Origin: Octopus sinensis
Lineage: Eukaryota
DNA: 64,000 nt
Assembly (NCBI RefSeq): GCF_006345805.1
Contig: NC_043000.1
Span: 124,434,001 to 124,498,000, forward strand
Direction: 5' to 3'
A program made the translations under genes and the position numbers. Position 1 is the stretch's first letter. Every line of letters starts with the position of its first letter. Shown here one piece after another: positions 13,546 through 25,757 of the stretch. The notes under the pieces were generated by a model that worked only from the letters and a program-made list of their open reading frames with translations, was not told the origin of the DNA and did not search any database.

Positions 13546-13890
13546 ATATATGTATATGTATGTATGTATGTGTGTATATGTTTGTGTCTGTGTTTGTCCC
13601 CCCAACATCGCTTGACAACCGATGCTGGTGTGTTTATGTCCCCGTAACTTAGCGGTTCGGCAAAAGAGACCGATAGAATAAGTACTAGGCATCCAAAGAA
13701 TAAGTCCTGGGGTCGATTTGCTCAACTAAAGGCGTTACTCCAACATGGCCACAGTCAAATGACTGAAACAAGTAAAAGAGACAGAGAATGTAACTGCATT
13801 TCAAAAGGAATGTAGTAACAAAAGGGTTAAATGCTTGAAACTTTCAAACACAAACCTTCAAAATTCTATAAAATGAAATTTATAACTTAC

Positions 13891-13996
13891 CATGTACTAA
13901 AATTAAACCAACAGCACTTGGAGTACTGAGAGGTACTTCAACATTAACATGCTGCTTCTTACTGAACACATTGTGGACATGGAGATGACAGCTTTT
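13891..13996 (-). CDS. SORT1: Sortilin exon: KSCHLHVHNVFSKKQHVNVEVPLSTPSAVGLILVHG
   Basis: acag/gtaagt; phase 0-1; resembles CSLHIH...PLSEPNAVGIVIAHG. Confidence 0.95.
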
Positions 13997-14299
13997 CTGT
14001 AACAACAAAGATTATCAGAAGATCATGTATTTTCTCCTTATACACAACTTTATAACAGTTTAGGTTCATAAGCAATAACAATGAACAATTAATGAATGAT
14101 TTTACCTATGTTCTTCATTTTATTATCATTACAAGTACTCTAGTGTATAATCTGTCAAATATTACCCCAAATTAGTTTGATTATATATCTACATGTATAC
14201 CCTGTTTATTACTCTAGACAAGATCATTGAGTTCAAAAATTTAGGTCACAATTTGGTGTCCTACATTAAGCTGGTAAGTATTGCTCTGACGGGGACTAA

Positions 14300-14530
14300 A
14301 CAAGCATATCACATACTCCAAGCTACCAGAAGAACCCATTCAAAAGAAAGTTTTCAAATGGACAACACCAGAGGGGAAAAAAGAGGTAGACTGAAAACAG
14401 CATGGCACAGAACATTCCCGACTGACTTGAGAAGGGCCAATATCACATGGTTGAATGAAGAGAAAACTGCAGCCAACAGAAACTAGTGGCATCAATTTGC
14501 AGTCTTATATGCTCAAAAGTACAGGGGGAA
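14300..14530 (+). mobile_element. Old RTE-like LINE C-terminal fragment
   Basis: RGEKRGRLKTAWHRT...DL...ITW...AANRN-W pattern. Confidence 0.65.
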
Positions 14531-15980
14531 CTAAGACCAAGATTTTTATGTTTGAGAACTGCATTAAGTTCTGCTTATAGAAGTTAATTAAACAAGTTCA
14601 ATGTTTCAAGTAGGCTAAAGTGTTTCAGAATGTTAATTCTAAAATTACCAACAGATCGCATTGTCTCATATCACCCTGATTAGATATTTTCCTTAAGTAC
14701 ACAAATATATCGTCATCATCATCGTTTAATGTCCGCTTTCCATTCTAGCATGGGTTGGATGATTTGACTGAGGACTGGCGAATCAGATGGCTGCACCAGG
14801 CTCCAATCTGATCTGGCAGAGTTTCTACAGCTTGATGCCCTTTCTAATGCCAACCACTCCAAGAGTGTATTGGGTGCCATTATGTGCCACTGACACAGGG
14901 CCAGTCAGGTGGTACTGGCGACAGCCATGCTCAAATGGTGTTTTTATACATGTCACCTGTACAGGAGCCAGTCCAGCGGCACTGGCAACGATCTTGCTCG
15001 AATGGTTTTTCATGTGCCAGTGAGGTGACACTGGTAATGATCATGCTCAAATGGAGCTTTTTATGTGCCACCGGCACAGAAGCCAGTCAGCTGCTCTGGC
15101 AACGATCATGCTCGGATGGTGCTCTTAGTGCTCCACTAACTATATGTAGCTAACAATTATGATAGTTATGAATGTGTAAGTGACTGAAATGTTTTATCAG
15201 TATATTGTACTGCAATAATTTTCTATTAAAGATGTTTAACTCCCATTGGCATTGTCTGATATTAAGCAGATACTATTTACTATAGAAAGTACAGCTATAG
15301 ACGTAAGATAGAAACAGGGTATAAGTGACAAGTATTTCGTTGGTTTTGAATTCTGGACACCAATAATCCTCTAGCTCATTAGCATTCAAATTGGCCATTT
15401 TTGGCCTCTTACACCTACCCTACAATGTCATTCTAAAAATAAACAATTACATCATTAAAATCTCAAAGCTATGAGATAATGTATCATTGATCTAAAATAA
15501 TCCTTCCTATTTGAGGCACAAGGCCTCAGATTTGTGGGAAGAGGACTAGTTGATTACATCGACCCCAATGTTTCACTGGTACTTAATTGACTCTCAAAAG
15601 ATTGAAAGGCAAAGTCAACCTCAGTGGAATTTGAACTCAGAATGTAAGCGATGGGCAAAATACCACTAAGCATTTCGTCCAGCATGCTAATGATTCTGCT
15701 AAACATTACATTTGACAAAGTAATCTGAATGTGAAAGGACTAGACTACAGGAGATGCTATCAATCCAAGAAACAACCAAAGCTGTATGGCAATGAAGATA
15801 ATTAGCCAAGCTAATGTCTGTTCAAAGTCATAAGCCTAAACATTTCTAATGGGGTTGTTATATGCATAAAGGAATTGATTAAGATTGGGTCATTAGTATT
15901 ATAAAGAATACTTGAAGGACTATCCAAATCCATGCAAACACGAAAAGAACTTTTCAGTCTCTCAGGGAAAATATCTTTAC

Positions 15981-16228
15981 CGTTTTGTCTGCACAAGGAA
16001 CACCCACTGGGGGTTCAATCTCTTGCCAAATACCTCCTCGGTCAAAGGTGATCACTGTTGAAATACTACTATCTGCTTGTATTCTGCTGGCAAAGTAGAC
16101 ACCAGTCATAGATTTTATTTTGTAGAAATCAGTAACTTCATATAAACTCGGATAAAAATGGCGTTCCAAAGATTTAGAGTAGATGATACCATCTTGCCCA
16201 GATGTATACAGCGTACCATGACCAGTAT
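15981..16228 (-). CDS. SORT1: Sortilin exon: DTGHGTLYTSGQDGIIYSKSLERHFY...TVITFDRGGIWQEIEPPVGVPCADKT
   Basis: gcag/gtaaag; phase 1-0; strong match to sortilin [20 protein letters not shown] and TMITFDQGGRW. Confidence 0.97.
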
Positions 16229-16965
16229 CTGCGTGAAGGAAAGAAAGAAAGAATGATCATTAAAGTTGAAGTTGGCAATAATTAAAAATACAGTTTTATG
16301 TCTATTCACATTAGTAGATAAGTGTATATATCATCATCATTTAACATCCATTTACCATATATCTATATATATAAAACTTAACTTGTGTGTCTGTGTGTGT
16401 GTGTCTGTGTGCTTAACTTCCCGGCACATCTCCTCCTAGCCAACAAATCGTAGAATGTGTTTGTTTAGGCCTTATCCCATGCATTGAATAGTGAACTTTA
16501 CTCAGTCAGCTGTTTGACGTGAACTGTGTTCACCACACGTGCAAGCATGCGTAAATTGCATGAAAAATAAAAAATCAATATATAAAAACAAATCGCCGTA
16601 AACATTGTAGAAATTCGGCAAAGAAATGAATTTTGGGGATGTAGCCTGGAGGGTTTTTTCGTATTAATTGTTTGGATTTTGTGAACACACACCAATTGTT
16701 TTCATAACATTTTTAACGCTTTGAATTAAATGCAACCATTTTGCGTTGAGTCTGCAGTTTGAATCACTTTAACCAAACTTTAGCAGGCCGGATTTTTGAT
16801 CATCACGATACATCACCAGCGACTCCCTGAAACTCTCCCCTGAAATCCCCGTTGAGAAATCTATATATATAAAACTTAACTTGTGTGTCTGTGTGTGTAT
16901 CTGTGTGTTAAACTTTTGGATCTACCAAGTTTCGTTATTAAGGATGGAAAGTAGTGTGTAGCAAA

Positions 16966-17311
16966 TCTATATATATAAAGCTGAAGTTGTCTGTGTGTGG
17001 CAGGTTTGGTAGCATTCAATTAACACTATCTCCTTCGAGACCCTGCAGCACATGTTGACCGAAATTGAGAGTATCATAGAAGAAGGGTTACTCTTCATTC
17101 TGTAGAAGATAAAATTCAAATCGGACCATGTTAACACCAAAAATTATTGACGATTTTTGACTGCTGTTTCACCATTTTTCGGTGTATTTCAACTGGAAAA
17201 ATGTTCACTTGAAGAGAATAACAAGTTGCATAATGAAAAATTTTTACTTTTCAAAAATTCCAATTCTAAAGGGTCGAAACAAACCCAAGCAACAGCAGGT
17301 GATACTGCTAG
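16966..17311 (+). mobile_element. Helitron-like non-autonomous element; related 5' heads at 16362 and 16860
   Basis: A|TC...CTAG|T termini without TSD; second copy at 57238-57583. Confidence 0.7.
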
Positions 17312-17379
17312 TATATATATATATCAATATATATATATAAATATTTATATAAATATATATATACATATATTTTTATGTG

Positions 17380-17835
17380 CTTGAGAAGACCTGGCAAGCC
17401 AAATGAGACCATAACCTCGTGGCCTATGCCAGGGGTGTAACCAGCCCACTTATGTGTACCTTTCCTTCTTTGGACACTAAGCTCTGCTTGCGAAGACCTG
17501 TTGAAGCAAGTGAAATCAAAATCAAATTCAATGACTGGTACCCGTGCTAGTGGGGCGCTAAGAGCACCATCCGAGTGTGATCGTTGACAGAACGGCTAAC
17601 TGGCTTCCATGCTGGTGGCACATAAAAGGCACCATTCGAGTTACCAGCGTCGCCTTAGTGGCACGTGAAAGCACCCACTACACACTCAGAGTGGTTGGCA
17701 TTAGGAAGGGTATCCAGCTGTAGAAACTACGCCAGATCAAGATAGGAATCTGGTGCAGCCATCTGGTTTGCTAGTCCTCAGTCAAATCGTCCAACCCATG
17801 CTAGCATGGAAAGCGGACGTTAAACGATGATGATG
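17380..17835 (+). mobile_element. 5'-truncated RTE copy (last codons + 3' UTR + GAT tail). Further copies at about 2140-2360(+), 2961-3310(-), 8440-8800(+), 14710-15135(-), 24060-24350(-), 24808-25015(-), 37000-37150(-), 49215-49596(+)
   Basis: shared motif ggcgttaggaagggcatccagctgtagaaac...ccaacccatgctagcatggaaagcggacgttaaa(tga)n. Confidence 0.85.
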
Positions 17836-17926
17836 TATTCATATATATATGAATATATACACAAACACACTTTAAATATTGAACAGTGAGAACGTGTGCT
17901 CAACACTGCATTAGTGGATAAATATT

Positions 17927-18113
17927 CTTTATTTGTGAGTTAACCATGCTACCATTGGTTTCATGTTGAGAGAAATCTCAACAATTGGTGTTCCCATCCA
18001 TCCATCCATCCAAGATGGAGGAGAGCACCAATGTCACATGTGGCAGGATTGATAATTGTTGAAATTTCTCTCGATATGAAACCAATGGTACCCTTGTTAA
18101 CTCACAAATAAAG
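17927..18113. repeat. Inverted-repeat element: 60-bp arms, ~67-bp spacer
   Basis: 17927-17986 vs the reverse complement of 18054-18113, about 7 mismatches by eye. Confidence 0.85.
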
Positions 18114-18248
18114 TGTACACACACAAACATATATATATATATATATATAAATATAATATGTAGGTCCCGGGTTGAGTCGGGGTTAACCACAGTAAATAAG
18201 GTACTCAATACATAGCAGAGTAAATTAATTTATTTATTTTATAGAAGG

Positions 18249-18299
18249 AGCTTCTACAGGACTAGAACTGTTTCATTCAAATGAAATCATCAGGAAGCT
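18249..18299 (-). ncRNA. Mirror-image type I hammerhead ribozyme on the SORT1 pre-mRNA strand
   Basis: identical sequence because of the palindrome. Confidence 0.85.
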
Positions 18300-18346
18300 T
18301 CCTGATGATTTCATTTGAATGAAACAGTTCTAGTCCTGTAGAAGCT
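18296..18346 (+). ncRNA. Type I hammerhead ribozyme motif
   Basis: stem I AGCUUC/GAAGCU; CUGAUGA core; short stem II; GAAA; stem III ACAG/CUGU; GUA cleavage triplet (after 18340). Confidence 0.85.
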
Positions 18347-19273
18347 CCTTCTATAAAATAAATAAAAAAAAAAATATATATATATATATATATGATAAGT
18401 GTGTGTTATGCTGAAAGTAGGCTATGGTGCAAGTAAATAATTAGGGTAGGCATTAATGGAATAAATTACGAATAAAAAGCCTATCACTCTGCTAGTACCT
18501 TGATAATTGCATCAGTGCCACCTCATGCACTAAACAGTAAGTCACTCACATTTTTCATATCCCACATAACTATTTCCAAACTATACTGCAATTCATCTCC
18601 AACACCTGTAATACTTCCATTAATTTCTTAGACATAGTGAAGGTAAGTGGGCCAGTGGTTAGGGTGTTGCATTCATGTTTGCCAGATCAGGGTTTCAATT
18701 CCTGGACTGGACCGTGCAGTGTGTTCTTGAGCAAAACACTCCATTTCATGCTGTTCTGACATGTGGCACACCATGCACCTGTACAGTTAACGTTGATTTG
18801 ATGGAAAGAGCGAGTTCTAATTCTGCTTTCTGTTCTCATCCTCTAACTATTTCTGTTGGTTTATGGTCTACATTTGTTTACATTGTGTTATTAGTACTAG
18901 CTAAGTGTCTGTATATCTTAATTACATACACACCACATGATCATAATTATGTCGTTTTTACTTTATACAATGAATAATATTTTACTGACATGCTATTTGA
19001 GACAAATGCCGTTCTTTTGTAAACAATCTGTTAATTTACTGTCCTATTTTTATTTTTGGCTTGTATTTACTGCGTTGATGTCTTTTTTTCTAACAATCCT
19101 TATAACTCCTCCTTTCAATGTTTAACATTTACTTGTGTATAAGTCACACCATTTTACATTTGATTTTAACAGGAAAAAAACTGGGGTGTAATTTATATAT
19201 GGGGTAAAACAATGAAGGAAAATAATTTTGCATAAGATTTAACACTAAATTAGGGATGCAACTTATACACATA

Positions 19274-20511
19274 CAAGAGTTGGACAAAAAAACCTAGCAT
19301 CATATTTTCATAATTTTGAAATATCTATAAAACCGTCAAAAGCTTGTTTATTTTTATGTTTTTTGATTTATTATTAGTGTTGCTTAATATGTTTTGCTAA
19401 AATTGCTGTTTCTTTCCAGATATCATCAGAAAAAGGTAATTAAAATTCATTAAAATGACAGATCTATCGGACTTTCAAAGAGGTCAAATTGTTGGTGCTC
19501 TTATGGCAGGCACCAGTGTAATGAAAACAGCCAAAAATGTTTGGTGTATCAACAAGTACTGTCTCGAAAGTAATGGCAGCCTTTGAGAAAGAGGGAAAAA
19601 CCTCCTTGTTGAAAAAAACTCTGGAAAAAACCCAGAACTTTCAGATAGGGACTGTTGGACTCTTACACAAATTGTTAAAAAGAATCACAAAAGTACAGCT
19701 CCCAAAATTACTGCAGAACTTAATGGCCACCTTGAGAACCCAGTCTCCACAAAAACTGTTTGCTGGAAGCTGTACAAAGCTGAATTTAATGGGAGGGCAA
19801 CAATCAGAAGACCACTACATTCAAAAACGAATATTGCAAAGCATTTCGAGTGGAGTAAAACCTACAGAATTGGTCCCTAGAGCAGTGGAAGAATGTTATT
19901 TTCACATATTCATCATCCATTACCTTATTTCCGACCACTGGCTGAGTATGTGTGGAGACAGCCAAAAGAAGCATTAGACCCAGAATGCCTTCTTCTAACT
20001 GTTAAACATGGAGGAGGATCTGTGTTGATCTGGGGGGGGGGTATATCTTGGAAATCTCCTGGCCCAATGGTTTCCCTTCATGGCAGAATAAATAGTCAAG
20101 ACTATTTAAGCATTTTATCTGATCAAATTCATCCTATGGTTGCGGAACTGTTTCCGGAGGGAAATGCAATCTTTCAGGATGATAATGCACCAATTCACAC
20201 AGCTAAAGTTGTCACTGAGTGGCACAAGGAACATTTTAGTAAAGTTGAGCATCTTATCTGGCTACCGGTCCCCAGATTTCAATATTATTGAACATCAATG
20301 GTGCATTTTAGAAAAAGAAGTAAGGAGTCGATATCCTTCACCATCATCACTACAAGAACTGGAGACTGTTTTAGCTGAAGAATGGACAAAAATTCCTTTA
20401 GAAACAATTCAAATTTTGTATGAGTCCATACCTCGTAGAATTCAAGCTGTAATTACTGCCAAAGGTCGTCCTACTCCATATTAAAATAAATTTGTTTGAA
20501 ATTTTAAGGTG
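19274..20511 (+). mobile_element. Tc1-type transposon with a frameshifted DD34E transposase; right TIR missing
   Basis: ta|CAAGAGTTGGACAAAA left end; MTDLSDFQRGQIVGA HTH start; TVKHGGGSV, FQDDNAPIH, SPDFNIIEH motifs. Confidence 0.92.
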
Positions 20512-20516
20512 CTTAC

Positions 20517-20577
20517 CTCCAGGATTATCAACGTGCATAAATATTAATCCTTCAGACATATCCAGAACGGAGAAAAA
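20517..20577 (-). CDS. SORT1: Sortilin exon: FFSVLDMSEGLIFMHVDNPG
   Basis: ttcag/gtaagc; phase 0-1; resembles [20 protein letters not shown]. Confidence 0.95.
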
Positions 20578-21536
20578 CTGAAAAGATACAGAATATAAAA
20601 TAGATTTTAGCAAGAACCTTTCCTTAGTTAAGATAAAGATCACCAATTTAAGACAATTTAAACAAAATCTAGTTGATTTATCAAATCTAGAGAAAAGACA
20701 AGCCAAATTATCTCTGGTGAGATTTGGAGTCAAAACTTAATATCGAGAGTCATGCATCAAGTGCTCTCTTATTCTTGCTTCACTGAAGATTTTGGCTTAA
20801 GTAAAAATAATCCTGGTTTATTTCTGCACAAGCATGAAGCCTGAGATATTTTTACTGAGAGAATAAAGTTGGGAATCATGGCACACTTGCTTTTTTTGAG
20901 GTCCCTTCAACCAAGCAGATCCTTTATTTGAAGTAATTCTTAACCTTACTGGATAAACAATTTTCAAGTGTTACATTCATGTAACCATCATTTAATGTCT
21001 GTTGTCCACGCTGGCATGGTTTGGATGGTTTGACCAGGGCTGATAAGGCTGAGGGCCTGCTCCAGACTTCAGTCTGATTTGGCATAGTTACTATGGTTTT
21101 ATGTCCTTCCTAATACTAAGCTCTCCAAGAGTGTAATGAGTGTTTTTACGTGCCATCAGTATCTGCCATGACTACGATACCACTTGGCTTGGTGGCTCTT
21201 CTTCTCAAGCATGGCATATTGCCAAAGCTCTCGGGCATTTGTCATTGCCTTTATGACATCATCTGAAAATTATTTTATTTTACACTGAACATAACTTGTG
21301 TTTCGATGAAACTAATAGAAGACTTTTGCCAAGTGGGACTCAACTGAAGCCCACAAGGTTCGGAAGAAAGTTTCTTAACCACGCAGCCAGCCTTGCATTT
21401 ATAAAGGGTATGCCTCCTAGGTTATAAAACAAAGTGTTTTAATTCCAGAATATTTAGAAGACATTGCGGGCAAGAGGTGTAAACTGTTATACCAAGAGAG
21501 ATATTAAGATATTAATTATGGTGAAAATAAACTTAC

Positions 21537-21620
21537 TCGGTCGTGTGCGATGGTTTCAAGTTGGGCTTCATTCCAAGTAATGCCACCATCAGATGAAATT
21601 TGCATTCTTCTTTCTTTGCC
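21537..21620 (-). CDS. SORT1: Sortilin exon: GKERRMQISSDGGITWNEAQLETIAHDR
   Basis: gaag/gtaagt; phase 0-0; resembles RRIHVSTDQGDTWSMAQLP. Confidence 0.95.
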
Positions 21621-22030
21621 CTTCAGAATGAAAATAAAGATACAATTTCAGTAAGAAAGGTGATCAAGAAAATATTTACCACAATATTTCACAAGGAACA
21701 GTCATTCGATAGTAATTAACAAATTTCTCAAAAACCCTGCTTTACTAAGAATGATTTTTTTTTTATCTTTAACCTTTTCACTTGTTTCAGTCATTGGATT
21801 ATGGTCATGCTGGAACACCACCTTGAAGGATTTATACAGACACGCACAACACACACACATTGGGCTTCTTCCATCCCTGTTCACCAATCCACACACTTCA
21901 GTTAATCCTGGACTATACAGGAAAACGCTTGCCTGAGGTGACACAAGTAGGACAGAATCTGAGACCATGGTTAAGAAGTAAGCTTCTTAATTACACAGCC
22001 GTGCCTGCATCTATGATATATACATATATA

Positions 22031-23400
22031 TCTCTATATCTATAAACAGCAAAATGTTTGTGTGTCTGTGTGTCCTTTATACAAATCCAGTTTTTCACGT
22101 AAAAGGCTCGCATTTTCTATGGGCTTTCAAAACTATCTAAGGGTGATTGTGAAGATCTTTTCATTTCCCCAGACACTCCAGAAAGCCATTAAAAACATCA
22201 ATACACCAACCCCTTATACCCATAAGTTATGGGCATATCCATTCAAAATTGCTAAAACATAGAAAATTGTACACGGTGCATGCGTACAGCTAGATATGCC
22301 AACAGACTGCCAGCTGTTTTTTGATTGGACAGAGATAATTTTACCCTTGACAGTTGAATGCGCATGCACATTTGCAGACAGTCTGTATGACTCAGTGCAT
22401 TTTTGTGTTTTGCAAAGACACGTTATCATGTGTTTTGGTTTTCAAACGTGCACGCTTTTTTGATTTGATAAATGCAGGGAATAATTAACGAGTCAGACCA
22501 AGTGAATGACAAGAGAGCGGGATTTTCATGAAAGACCAAATATACTTGATATGCTATTGTTCCTTAAGTATGCCATAAAAGAGTTGGAGCCTATTCAATG
22601 AATCTATTTAGGAAAGGCTTTACTTTTATGCTTTTGGTTGATTTAAGATATCCAGCAAGAGCCCAGGATGTTTTATTCAAGTAGGATTAAAAATGAAAAA
22701 TGAGTAAGTTGACCAACCTCCAAGGGATTTTCATAAAAAAACGTTTATTTGTTTGCATTCAGCCTAAGATCGAATCATTTGCTACTTGCACAGCAGGGGC
22801 ATAGGGTTATCAGGGTGATCCTTTTGGTGCAAAAAATCTTAATTTGATTCAAGTTTACCAAAACTGTCAATCAATCAATGGAAACTCAATAAAACTATTC
22901 CTTGCAGGTTTCCGCATTTAAATTGACCGCAACCTTTTCTTTTAGCTCTAACTTGAGGTACGAATGACATAAGATGCAAAGATTTTCTTAAGCGAAATTT
23001 CATGCTTTTGTGTTTTGAGATACGAGTGAAAATTGAGATGCTAATTAATTTCCAGTCACATTTTTCCGCTCGCTAGGAAATTTGAAAACTTTGTCAGCCC
23101 TGATTATTGATTTCATTTTGTTGGTGAAGGTTTGCTTTCATGGTGGTCTTTATTGATTTTCTAGCATGCTCCCCCTTCATCTTCAACAAAGCCACCAAAT
23201 TTGCGATGATTAATTACCCAGTGCAGCTGCACCTATGGGTGGGCTCAGAATTTGCAGAGGCTCAGTCAAACGTGTTAAAAAACATAGGTGATGGAAAGGC
23301 GAACATAATTTCCGAGAACAAAGAAGGGGATTTAGCACAAAATGAAGCAATCTTTATCTGTAAAAAGCCTGAGTTTTGTTCTTACCCCATTTTATAGCTA
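22031..23400 (+). mobile_element. Possible larger Helitron-like element
   Basis: a|TCTCTATATCTATAAA...tgtgtctgtg head; 3' end not clearly defined. Confidence 0.4.
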
Positions 23401-25584
23401 ACCAAACAGAAGCACACTTGTACCTAAGACAATTCAAGGCAAGAACTCACGAGTCATACAGTGTTTCTGCATTACCTTGATTAAGTAAGAACTTTTTATT
23501 GAAACACCGGAAACGAACAACAAGCAACTGCACAACTGCACAATAAGTTTGTGCCAACATTCTGTGATAATAATCCTGCTTCGTTCAATATTTCATTATG
23601 AGTAACCATCATTAAAGTGGCAAGCTGGCAGAATTGTAAGCATACAAGACAGAATGCTTGGCAGCATTTTGTCCATCTTTATATTCTGAGTTCAAATTCT
23701 GTCGAGGTTGACTTTGCCTTTCATCAAAAATTCATGAAAATTAAATCTAATGTTTGATTACTGCTTTATTCTCTTCACAGCATAAATATTCTTAATTAAT
23801 GGATTTTTCTTTAATTATATTAAATATGTCATAAATTGACTACATGCAGACAGTACTATGAATATGTATAATAAAAGCAATCCAATTCTGCCTGCTTACA
23901 AGAAAGTTTCAGCAAGAAGTTTATCTCTCATCTACTGAAATATATGGAGCCAAGAGCAACATGGAAATTTCTAATCAAACAAGATAGAGGGAATCAAAAA
24001 AATATTTGTAAAGAGGTTAAAATTTGGATTTGGTTTGCAAGATTCTTGATGAAAATTCATATCATCATCATCATCAACCAACATCCATTTTCCATGCTGG
24101 CATGGGTTGGACGGTTTGACTGAAAACTGGTAAGCTGGGGAGCTGCACCAGATTCCAATCTGATTTGGTATGGTTTCTATGGCTGGTTGCCCTTCCTAAT
24201 TCCAACCACTCCAAGAGTGTAGTGGGTATTTTTTAGATGCCACTGGCATGGGTACTAGTCACACAACACTAGCATCAGCTACAACTATGCTCTCACTTGG
24301 CTTGACAAGAACAGTATATTACCAAAGGTCTTGGTCACTTGTCACTACCTTCTGAAGTATATTTTGTTGTATCTTGGGAGGGTCAATATGCCAATAATAA
24401 ATACATACACTGGTTATATTTCACTTCTTTTATTATTAGTTAGTTGGAAAGTGGTGTGCTGGCAGAATTGTTAAGGTGTTGGACAAAATGCTTCATGGCA
24501 TTTGGTCTGCTCTTTACATTCTGAATTCAAATGCTACTGAGGTTGACTTTGCCTTTCATCCTTGCAGGGTTGATAAAATAAGCACCGGACAAGTACTGAG
24601 GCTGATGCAATCAACTTGCCCCACCGCCTCTCAAAATTTCTGGCCTTGTGCCAAAATTAGAAAGAATCATTAGTCAACTGGTTAGGACATGTCATGAATG
24701 GCAATGAAAGGACTTTGACAAACCTAGCTGATTGATTGACTGAATGATTAATCAAATGATTGATTAGTTAATTGGTGAAATCATTAACCAACTGATTAAT
24801 AGTAGTCATCATCATCATCATCATTTAACATCTGTTTTCCATGCTGACATGGTTTGGACGGTTTGACTGGGGACTGGCAAGCCCGGGAGTTGCACCAGGC
24901 TCCAATCTGATCTAACAATATTTCTATAGCTGGATGCCCTTTGTAACGCTAACCACTTTGAGAGTGTAGTGGATGCTTTTTACGTGCCACCAGCATGGGA
25001 GCCAGTCAGGCAGAAGGCCTGAAATCTGGTGCAAGAGGGTTAGTCAAATACAGCAACCCCACTACTTGAAAGGAAGAAAGTCGAATCAGCCTCAGTAGAG
25101 TTTGAACTACTCAAGAATGTAAAGCTAGAAGAAATGCAAGAAAGCATTTTATATGATAATTAATGCTTCTGCTCGTAGCCATCAAATGAGTAATAATAAA
25201 AGAAGTGAAGCAGAACCAGTGTGTCTATTATTTACATAATGACCCTCCCCAGACACAATAAAAAAGTTAACATAAGCCATGTAAAACAAGACAACATCTT
25301 ATTTCTTTATTGCCCACAAGGGGCTAAACATAGAGGGGACAAACAAGGACAGATAAAGGGATTAAGTCGATTACATTGACCCCAGTGCGTAACTGGTACT
25401 TAATTTATCGACCCTGAAAGGATGAAAGGCAAAGTCCACCTCAGCGGAATTTGAACTCAGAACGTAACAACAGAAGAAATACTACTAAGCATTTCTCCCA
25501 GCATGCTAATGATTCTGTCAGCTGACCGCCTTCAACAAGACAACATTCTACTGAATCACCAAAGTTTGAAAGAAATGTTGCTGC

Positions 25585-25730
25585 TAATATCAAAAACATG
25601 GATTTTACATTAGAAATTTTATACAGGCATTTAGTTACACCCATCAATAAGAAGACATGAGCTTAAAATGCAAAACATACAAGATGATGTATAATCACAT
25701 TTACTGATTATGCATTATCATGTTAACTAG
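25585..25730 (-). pseudogene. Relic copy of the SORT1 exon 28775-28845 plus its donor and intron start
   Basis: collinear with 28678-28830 at an offset of 3094 bp; stops in all frames. Confidence 0.8.
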
Positions 25731-25757
25731 AAATTCAATAAGGAAAGATGAACTCAC

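Larger units (their letters stand above)
18229..18366. repeat. Perfect 138-bp spacer-less palindrome centred on AAG|CTT (18297/18298), Penelope-like pLTR context
   Basis: base-by-base complementarity checked from the centre out to 18229/18366. Confidence 0.98.

Noticed and set aside
22200-23380. Faint PIF1-helicase-like words on the minus strand (AFNCQG, FGKLES, PIGAAAL)
   Set aside because: Scattered across frames with many stops and no intact Walker motifs; probably pattern over-reading of non-coding TE interior.
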